DNA of 64,000 nucleotides from Candidatus Woesearchaeota archaeon (GTDB lineage Archaea; Nanobdellota; Nanobdellia; SCGC-AAA011-G17; GW2011-AR18): NCBI GenBank assembly GCA_018302105.1, contig JAGWAD010000023.1, positions 10,405 to 74,404 of the forward strand, read 5' to 3'. Shown piece by piece: positions 57,433 to 64,000 of this stretch (position 1 is its first letter; each line of letters starts with the position of its first letter). The notes under the pieces were generated by a model. It saw only the letters and a program-made list of their open reading frames with translations, ran no database searches and was not told where the DNA came from. The position numbers and the translations under genes were made by a program.

Positions 57433-60234
57433 TTAAAAAGGATTTAATAAAGCTTGGTCTGGATAGCTAGTCCTTAGATAATAATTAAATTTTTCTTCAC
57501 TTAATGAAAAGTTATCAGGATAATTGATTTTCCAGATTTTAATAGGCCCAAGCATTCTTCCTTGGTAAATCGATAAAGGTATTCTAGTACTGCTATCATC
57601 ATATACAAGTTCAAATATTTGTGAATTTTCATTTAATATATACAATCTTCCAACAGTGCTTTCTGAAACTTTAGGAGATAAAAATAAACCAGCAGTAAAA
57701 AGATTAGCCTGGTTGTTTTCATTAAATACAGGCAGCATTTTAAAGCATGCACCATATTCATAGTTTTCAAATTCATATAATTTATCTAAATAAAGGCATT
57801 TAATACTTAATGCAAATTGTTGGCCATTGTACATAAGAACTGCTTTAGGTTGTCCAATTGAATTATTATTGGGAACAGGAATAACAACTGCACCAATAAC
57901 AGCTGCACCCCTGGGTAAGACTTTATCTCCGTATTTTAAATCTTCATCTAATCCAAATCCTCCTCTAAAATAATATAAAGTTCCATCCCTTGTTTTCTGC
58001 ATTAAATTCTGATCAATTGTAAATGTAGGAATTTGAGAAAACCTATCACCATTCTGGTCGCTTCCTATTGAAGAAAAAGCAGGGTATTTTCCAATCTCAT
58101 CTCCAACAATTAATAAATGAGTTGCATTATGTGCATATAAATAACCAAGGGAATCTTCATCTTTTATTGAAGTAAGTACATTTCTTCCCATTAAATAATT
58201 CCACCAGCCATAGAAATTACCGCCATCTGTAACTGTTTGTCTTTGGAATCCGCTCTGAACCCAATAACCATAATCCCACCAATGTGCAAATACAGAATTT
58301 TCAGGAGTATTTTCCCTAACCCATTTTCCAGCATATTGCCATTGAGTATCATAACCAGGACCAGCAAATTTTGAAGTTGCATCACTTACTGAATAATAAT
58401 TAACAAGTATCCCTTTTGCAAAAGAAAATGGAGATATTAAAATTAATAACAATAATACTAAAATAATATAACCTGCAAATTTTAAATTATTTTTATAATA
58501 CAAAAAGTAAACCACAGTTGAAGTTAACACAATAAATAATAAAATTTTAACCATTGTATTAAGATTAAGCAGATTTATTAAAAATGTCAGAATAATAATT
58601 ATAGAAATTATCAAAAGTAAATTTTTATTTTCAGATTTTAAAACATAATCAGTTAAGGAAATTATAAAATAAGCTCCCAAAACAACAACAACTAAGGTAA
58701 ATTCAAATAAAAACCTTATCGCAGTTGTAGCAATTAGTATCATAACAACAGCCCATACCAACATTAAAGTGTGTTTTTTATCAAAAGTTGTTAATGCTGA
58801 AAATTCTTCTTTTTCTTTGTAGTAAGCATAAAAATAATATATTAACATTGTTAAAATAAAAAGAATCAGTGAGCCAAAAAATAACAAGTGTGAAATATTT
58901 GATTCACCATTAAAAATACTATTACCAGAATATCTGGAAAAAATATATAAAAATATAAAGATAAGATATGCAACAACTAAGTATTTTGCTTTTTTGCTTT
59001 TTTTAACTGCATCATAAAATAAAACAGCAGAACCTAACATAAATGCATAAACCATGAGCATGCCATATTGTCCAAACCAGTCTTCAACATAAGGCCTTCT
59101 ATTTTCTGCAACAGTCAATACCCATCGGGTTAATGAAAATGTTTTAAATAGTGTCTGGGAAAGTGCAAGTAATTTATCCAGAATAAAATTAGAACCAAAA
59201 AATATTAGTGAAAATAAAAATACAATTATTGCACATAAAATTAAAGAAAAAATGCCTGCAGGGAAATTCTTAAGATATGAAATTCTTGCTAAAAATGAAT
59301 TAAATTTCTTACTGGGATAAATATAAAGATAAAACAAGCCGGCAATTAAACCAAAATAAAGAAAGCCAGTTGTAAAAGATGTTATTAATCCTAAAAATGA
59401 AGTTCTGCCCATTCCAACAATTAATATTGTAAATATAATAAGAAAAGAACCAAGAACTGTTAGATCTGTCTTATTAAATTTATTAAATATTATTTCAACT
59501 AATACAAATACAGAAGCAGTCATAAAAAAGAAATTAATAGAACCTGCAGTAAGCATTCCTAAACCAGCAGTAAGTGCTGCAATTGCACCAAATAAAATAT
59601 TAAATTTAAATTTCTTAGATTGCAAAGCCAGTAAATAAAAGTAAAATGTCATTACTAAAAACATTAATGCTAAAATATCATGGTCAGTGCTGCCGCCCAT
59701 GCTCCTGAATAAAAATGAAGGAATTATATTTAAAAATAATACAGATAATAAACCAACTCTCCAGTCAAATGCTCTTCTTACAAATAAAAATAAAAATACA
59801 CTAAGTATAGCAGTTGCAATTAAAGGATAATAATTATTTACTAACCCAATACTAACATCAAAATTTAAAAATTTTAAAACTCTGTAAAGATAAGCTACAA
59901 AATAAGAGGAAAATACAGTTATGTCTACATTTGCCCCAAAAGGAGAATACCTTAATGTATCAATAGCAAATAATTTGCCATGTTCAGCAATATATTCAGC
60001 ATATCTTAGATACAAAGTTGAATCTAATTCAATAGATATAAATTTCCCAGTTGTTGCATCAATTAACTTGCTTATTGGTTGTTTTCTGATAATCCACCCA
60101 ATCCCGATTATGAATAATAAAATTAAGTATTGAAACCACTGTTTATTAAAGACCTTCAAAAGTTTCTCTTTCCTTTTTATTAATTCTTCATTCATATTTC
60201 TAAAATAATAATGGTGTAATAAATACCTCCACAA
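57433..60234 (-). CDS. aglB: Archaeal oligosaccharyltransferase AglB (STT3 family)
   Basis: 933 aa. 13-TM N-terminal region and a C-terminal domain carrying the diagnostic WWDYGYW motif (HWWDYGYWVQSGF). Confidence 0.9.
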   Translation of the reverse strand: MWRYLLHHYYFRNMNEELIKRKEKLLKVFNKQWFQYLILLFIIGIGWIIRKQPISKLIDATTGKFISIELDSTLYLRYAEYIAEHGKLFAIDTLRYSPFGANVDITVFSSYFVAYLYRVLKFLNFDVSIGLVNNYYPLIATAILSVFLFLFVRRAFDWRVGLLSVLFLNIIPSFLFRSMGGSTDHDILALMFLVMTFYFYLLALQSKKFKFNILFGAIAALTAGLGMLTAGSINFFFMTASVFVLVEIIFNKFNKTDLTVLGSFLIIFTILIVGMGRTSFLGLITSFTTGFLYFGLIAGLFYLYIYPSKKFNSFLARISYLKNFPAGIFSLILCAIIVFLFSLIFFGSNFILDKLLALSQTLFKTFSLTRWVLTVAENRRPYVEDWFGQYGMLMVYAFMLGSAVLFYDAVKKSKKAKYLVVAYLIFIFLYIFSRYSGNSIFNGESNISHLLFFGSLILFILTMLIYYFYAYYKEKEEFSALTTFDKKHTLMLVWAVVMILIATTAIRFLFEFTLVVVVLGAYFIISLTDYVLKSENKNLLLIISIIIILTFLINLLNLNTMVKILLFIVLTSTVVYFLYYKNNLKFAGYIILVLLLLILISPFSFAKGILVNYYSVSDATSKFAGPGYDTQWQYAGKWVRENTPENSVFAHWWDYGYWVQSGFQRQTVTDGGNFYGWWNYLMGRNVLTSIKDEDSLGYLYAHNATHLLIVGDEIGKYPAFSSIGSDQNGDRFSQIPTFTIDQNLMQKTRDGTLYYFRGGFGLDEDLKYGDKVLPRGAAVIGAVVIPVPNNNSIGQPKAVLMYNGQQFALSIKCLYLDKLYEFENYEYGACFKMLPVFNENNQANLFTAGLFLSPKVSESTVGRLYILNENSQIFELVYDDSSTRIPLSIYQGRMLGPIKIWKINYPDNFSLSEEKFNYYLRTSYPDQALLNPF

Positions 60235-61117
60235 AAGAACCTATAACTAAAAATAAGAAACCAATTACAATTAAAATAGAAACATCAATAGCAATCTTTC
60301 TAAATCCTTTATTTTTTGTTCCATGATTAACCAAAGCCATAGAGATTATTCCTCCAGCTAATGCTGCAATAAAATAACCTATAATTTCAAAAACTCCATG
60401 GGTCATATATCTTAAGACACCAGCAACAAACAATTGCAAATGTATTGCAATCCTTTCCAGACCAACAAGATGCGCATAATTTGCTAATCCATTCCTAAAA
60501 TAAGTTCCAATAGCAGCACTAATAACAGAAGCATTCCAGGCAAGTACAAAAATTGCACCTGCACCAAAGAAAAATGCAAATATTAAACAAAAAAACATTA
60601 CCTTGAGATTATTAATTAATATAAGTGTAAAAGCTTCACTTGAAGTTAATTTACCACTTATAACTGCACTATCAATACTTCCTAAATTTCCCATAAAAGT
60701 CACCCCGCCAATCCCCAGGTTTCTTACTACATTGCTATTAATATTATCTATAGTAACTAATTGTATTCCAAAAAGTGCATGAACTAAATCATCAGGCAGC
60801 ACAACATACACAAATGCAAAACCAACTACAAATCCAAGAAAAAGGGCAAATAAGAATTTTACAGCTTTTCCATGCTCATTTAATATACTGGCTTCAGTAT
60901 CAATCACCCAATCTTCCTCTTCCTCTTCTTTTAACGTAAAATACATCAAAGGCATTGCCATTAATACAACTAAAAACACCATAACCAAACTTGCTTCTTG
61001 TTTAAATATCCACATACTAAAAGCAGAAGCAACAAAAGCAAAAAATATTCCCAAAAAAAATACTTTTACTGGATGCTTCTTAGCGCTTATCGGGCCTGTT
61101 AAATCCTCAAAAACCAT
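60200..61117 (-). CDS. Membrane protein, SpoIIM/DUF95-like
   Basis: 305 aa, polytopic. THGVFEIIGYFIAALAGG block reminiscent of the stage-II-sporulation-M family. Its 3' end overlaps the aglB start by 35 nt. Confidence 0.4.
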   Translation of the reverse strand: MVFEDLTGPISAKKHPVKVFFLGIFFAFVASAFSMWIFKQEASLVMVFLVVLMAMPLMYFTLKEEEEEDWVIDTEASILNEHGKAVKFLFALFLGFVVGFAFVYVVLPDDLVHALFGIQLVTIDNINSNVVRNLGIGGVTFMGNLGSIDSAVISGKLTSSEAFTLILINNLKVMFFCLIFAFFFGAGAIFVLAWNASVISAAIGTYFRNGLANYAHLVGLERIAIHLQLFVAGVLRYMTHGVFEIIGYFIAALAGGIISMALVNHGTKNKGFRKIAIDVSILIVIGFLFLVIGSFVEVFITPLLF

Positions 61118-61217
61118 TAAGTGATTCTTACTTAATTGATTTATATAACTTTCTATGATATATGGTGTTAAGAACTAAAAGAACAAAAATTATAAATAAG
61201 AATAAATTTACAATTAC

Positions 61218-61586
61218 ATGGAAGAAAATAAATCATACAGACCAAGCTGGGTAAAAGATAAGAATATAGCCGAAGATTTTGAATTAATAAAATGTAAGTC
61301 TTATGATGGCTACAAAGATCATAAAAATGATAATGGTTGTTACATATTAATTCGTCTTTACCATGACACTTTAGAAATTGGTGCTGCTGTTTGTGATTAC
61401 AAAAATGTTATATTAAAAGAATTTAGAGGAATAAAAGCACAGGATATTTATCATGCAATATTTGAATATTCAGAAAAAAATAATAAAAAATGGTTTAATG
61501 AATTTCAACATGCAGCTTACTTAGGCAAAGAATTGAAAAAAGCAGAATTATGTTTAGTAATTGGTTGTGATTATTACCAGGAATAA
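61218..61586 (+). CDS. Hypothetical protein
   Basis: 122-aa ORF with several Cys residues. No family recognised. Confidence 0.4.
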   Translation: MEENKSYRPSWVKDKNIAEDFELIKCKSYDGYKDHKNDNGCYILIRLYHDTLEIGAAVCDYKNVILKEFRGIKAQDIYHAIFEYSEKNNKKWFNEFQHAAYLGKELKKAELCLVIGCDYYQE

Positions 61587-61685
61587 TTTTTCTTAACAAT
61601 ATTGCATATTAAAAAGAGATAAATAAAATTTAAAAGCGTTATTGTTATATAATAGTTATATTATTAAGATTATTAAGAGGTAAAA

Positions 61686-62555
61686 ATGTTAATCATAGGT
61701 TGTTCAAATTCAAGAGAATTAGCAAAAAATATTTCAAAAATTCTAAATTGTGAATATTCTGAACTAAAAGTTAATAAATTTCCAGATGGAGAATTATATG
61801 TTAAATTCAATGCAGAATTGAAAAATAAAGAAATAATCTTAATCCAGACATTACATCCTTCTAATGATGCATTATTGGAATTAATATTTGCCTGTCATAC
61901 TGCAAAAGAATTAGGATGCAGAAATATAAAATTGGTTATTCCATATTTAGCATATATACGGCAGGATAAAAGATTTAATCCGGGAGAAGCAGTTTCAAGC
62001 AGAATAGTTGGTTCTTTATTAAGTTGTGTAGACGAAATTATAACAATCGATCCGCATTTGCATAGGTTTAATTCACTAAATGAAGTATTTAATACAAAAA
62101 CAAAAAAATTAACTGCAAATGAAATAATAAAAAAATTTATCTCAAAAAATTTCAAAAACCCGGTAATAATTGGACCAGACTTAGAAAGTTATCAGTGGGC
62201 AAAAAAAATAGCATTGGAAATAAATGCAGAAGCTTCAATATTAAAAAAAGAAAGATTTAGTTCAACAAAAGTAAAAGTTTCTGCTGTAAATGGTATAGAA
62301 ATAAAAAATAAAGAAGTAATAATAATAGATGATATTATTTCAACAGGAAACACAATATTAGAAGCAATAAAAAATATAAAAAAATTAAAGCCAAGATCAA
62401 TAAATGTAATTGGAATACATGGAATATTTGCAGATAAAAAAGTTTATGAAGAAATTAAAAAATCAACAAAATCAATAATAACAACAAATACAATACCAAA
62501 CAAAAATGCAAAAATTGATATATCCCAGTTAATAGCTGATTCAATAAAGAAATAA
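61686..62555 (+). CDS. prs: Ribose-phosphate pyrophosphokinase (PRPP synthetase)
   Basis: N-terminus MLIIGCSNSRELAKNISKIL...KFPDGELYV. PRPP-binding loop IIIDDIISTGNTI. 289 aa. Confidence 0.85.
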   Translation: MLIIGCSNSRELAKNISKILNCEYSELKVNKFPDGELYVKFNAELKNKEIILIQTLHPSNDALLELIFACHTAKELGCRNIKLVIPYLAYIRQDKRFNPGEAVSSRIVGSLLSCVDEIITIDPHLHRFNSLNEVFNTKTKKLTANEIIKKFISKNFKNPVIIGPDLESYQWAKKIALEINAEASILKKERFSSTKVKVSAVNGIEIKNKEVIIIDDIISTGNTILEAIKNIKKLKPRSINVIGIHGIFADKKVYEEIKKSTKSIITTNTIPNKNAKIDISQLIADSIKK

Positions 62556-63214
62556 TGGAAAGCTTGCAACAATACAAAAAAGAATTAGAAAGTAAGGATA
62601 ATAATATTAAGAAAAATGCAGCATTTAAATTAACAAAAGAATATTATGAAACTGATTGGAAAAAAGTAAAAGAATTATTAGAAGATAATGATCAGATAAT
62701 TAGGGAAGGCACTTCATCTGCTATTTATGAATTAACAGCTTTTGATTTATCATGGCCTGAAGAATTAATTCCAATTTTAATTAGTTTATTAAAAAAAGAC
62801 AAAAATGAAAATATAAGATCTAATTGTGCTGGAGCCTTGCATGGATTGGATATTATGGAAAGCAAATATAAGACTTCAGTTGTCTCAGGTTTAAAAGAAG
62901 CAGCAAATGATAAAAGCAAGATTATAAAAATAATGTCTTTTGATTCATTGAACCGTATAGCTTTAGATTATACTTATGTTTCTAAGCCAATACCAAAAGA
63001 GATTATTAAGGATTTGATAGCTGGCTTAATAAATGGGATAAAAGAAATTATAAATTATAAAGATGAACCAAGAGTTGACAGCGGAATATCCGCATTAATA
63101 AATATAGCAAAACAAGATAAAGAAAGTGTTAATATTATCTTAAATGAATTTAAAAAATCTAAAATAGAAAATAATAAAATAAAAGAATTAGTTAATAAAA
63201 TAAAAAGAATCTGA
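62555..63214 (+). CDS. HEAT/PBS-lyase-type repeat protein
   Basis: Repeating helical units (IREGTSSAIYEL, NIRSNCAGALHGL). 219 aa. Stop and start overlap with prs. Confidence 0.4.
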   Translation: MESLQQYKKELESKDNNIKKNAAFKLTKEYYETDWKKVKELLEDNDQIIREGTSSAIYELTAFDLSWPEELIPILISLLKKDKNENIRSNCAGALHGLDIMESKYKTSVVSGLKEAANDKSKIIKIMSFDSLNRIALDYTYVSKPIPKEIIKDLIAGLINGIKEIINYKDEPRVDSGISALINIAKQDKESVNIILNEFKKSKIENNKIKELVNKIKRI

Positions 63215-63257
63215 ATTTAATTATAATATCCAATTATGTTTTAACTAACAATAATCT

Positions 63258-63647
63258 TTGTTTTCTCCTACCCAAAAAGATTTAAATAACTTCTATATTC
63301 AAAATTCTATGGTAACAAAAAATGAGGTTCTTGGAAAATTAAAAGAATTAAAAGACTGCAGCAAAGAAGTAGAATTATCTTTGGAAAGAGATGGCATTAG
63401 CATAACAGATATGAATAAAGAAAAATTATTTAATAATAATTTAAAAAATGCTATTAGTGCTATAGAAGCACTGGTTAGAAATGAACCTTCAGAAAGGCCA
63501 ATATTAAGGTTGCAAAGAGAAATCCCGGATGCTTATAATAATATAAGGGAGCTTAAACAGATACAGCCTGGAAAGTTAAATTCTGCAGACCTGGACAAAC
63601 TGGCAGGTTTAATTAAATATTTCGAAGATGTATATGAAGAATTATAA
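63258..63647 (+). CDS. Hypothetical protein
   Basis: 129-aa ORF, helical and charged. No family recognised. Confidence 0.35.
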   Translation: MFSPTQKDLNNFYIQNSMVTKNEVLGKLKELKDCSKEVELSLERDGISITDMNKEKLFNNNLKNAISAIEALVRNEPSERPILRLQREIPDAYNNIRELKQIQPGKLNSADLDKLAGLIKYFEDVYEEL

Positions 63648-63688
63648 TCTTTTAGATCGAAATAAATTAAATATAAAACAATTTTCAC

Positions 63689-63961
63689 ATGATATTAAAA
63701 TTATTGGGAATTACGGATTTATTAGTATTAGTTTCTTTACTTTTAGTTTCTTATCTTCCAGAAACACTTGTAATTATAATGGCTGTTTATTTAATAATTA
63801 AAGGTGTAATATTTACTTTGTTTGGAGATCCAATAAGTTTAGCTGATATATTTTGCGGATTATACATTGTAAGTGCAGCATATGGTTTAGCACATTGGTC
63901 AATAACATTAATAATAATTGTATTTATATTGCAAAAATCAGTAGTTTCTATTTTAAGTTAA
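63689..63961 (+). CDS. Small membrane protein (3 predicted TM helices)
   Basis: 90-aa hydrophobic ORF. Confidence 0.3.
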   Translation: MILKLLGITDLLVLVSLLLVSYLPETLVIIMAVYLIIKGVIFTLFGDPISLADIFCGLYIVSAAYGLAHWSITLIIIVFILQKSVVSILS

Positions 63962-64000
63962 AGAACATTAATCTCATCATACGGGCTTTTTGCATTAATC

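Noticed and set aside
44168..62919. Antisense ORFs 44168..44356, 47042..47272, 50035..50247, 50734..50976, 51181..51492, 51508..51768, 52314..52658, 53257..53502, 55779..56009, 56072..56260, 56139..56363, 58191..58385, 59921..60133, 61895..62155 and 62725..62919
   Set aside because: Each lies within a longer ORF carrying recognisable family motifs (GT2, Wzx, GT-C, MTase, deacetylase, AglB, Prs, HEAT). No independent evidence of coding.
1..64000. CRISPR arrays, rRNA or tRNA genes, transposases or integrases
   Set aside because: No regularly spaced direct repeats, no GC-rich structured-RNA islands other than the patch at 17886-18000, and no transposase, integrase or recombinase-like ORFs were seen anywhere in the window.

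Overview
Very AT-rich window with archaeal hallmarks, best explained as a small-genome (DPANN-like) archaeon carrying several bacterial-type genes. Archaeal markers: a proteasome alpha / RNase P Pop5 / Rpp30 operon, an archaeal-type UMP kinase, a Fap7-like kinase, a TrmB regulator and an AglB/STT3 oligosaccharyltransferase with the WWDYG motif. Bacterial-type genes: AcpS, an RsuA-type pseudouridine synthase and a ThrRS with a bacterial N2 editing domain. No tRNA, rRNA or CRISPR is detectable. The first ~9.5 kb holds housekeeping genes (psmA, pop5, rpp30-like, uppS, pyrH, a kinase, thrS) plus a large secreted surface protein. From ~9.9 to 17.8 kb there is an unusual tailoring module: an FAD desaturase-like oxidoreductase, a B12-dependent radical-SAM enzyme, an alpha/alpha-toroid prenyltransferase/terpene-cyclase-like protein, a fused Zn-ADH/Gfo-Idh-MocA oxidoreductase, a nucleotide-sugar dehydrogenase and a holo-ACP synthase. 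From ~18.5 to 61 kb the window is one very dense surface-glycosylation island anchored by AglB. Beside AglB it contains an AglH/WecA-like initiating phosphotransferase and a Wzx-like flippase. It has 7 GT2 genes, several of them Dol-P-sugar-synthase-like, 5 GT4 genes, and 7 polytopic GT-C-like membrane proteins, three of which carry a PMT/ArnT-type DE motif after TM1. Tailoring genes include 5 SAM methyltransferases, an O-carbamoyltransferase, a membrane-anchored hexapeptide acetyltransferase, a CE4-type deacetylase and a radical-SAM/SPASM enzyme. A minimal SET-domain lysine methyltransferase, an LRR secreted protein and an EF-hand membrane protein sit inside it. The combination of an expanded PMT/ArnT-like GT-C set, a carbamoylated and methylated glycan, a SET-domain enzyme and the terpenoid-like B12-rSAM/toroid/desaturase module is the candidate undescribed system. 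Most antisense ORFs in the track are AT-rich artefacts nested inside homology-supported genes.
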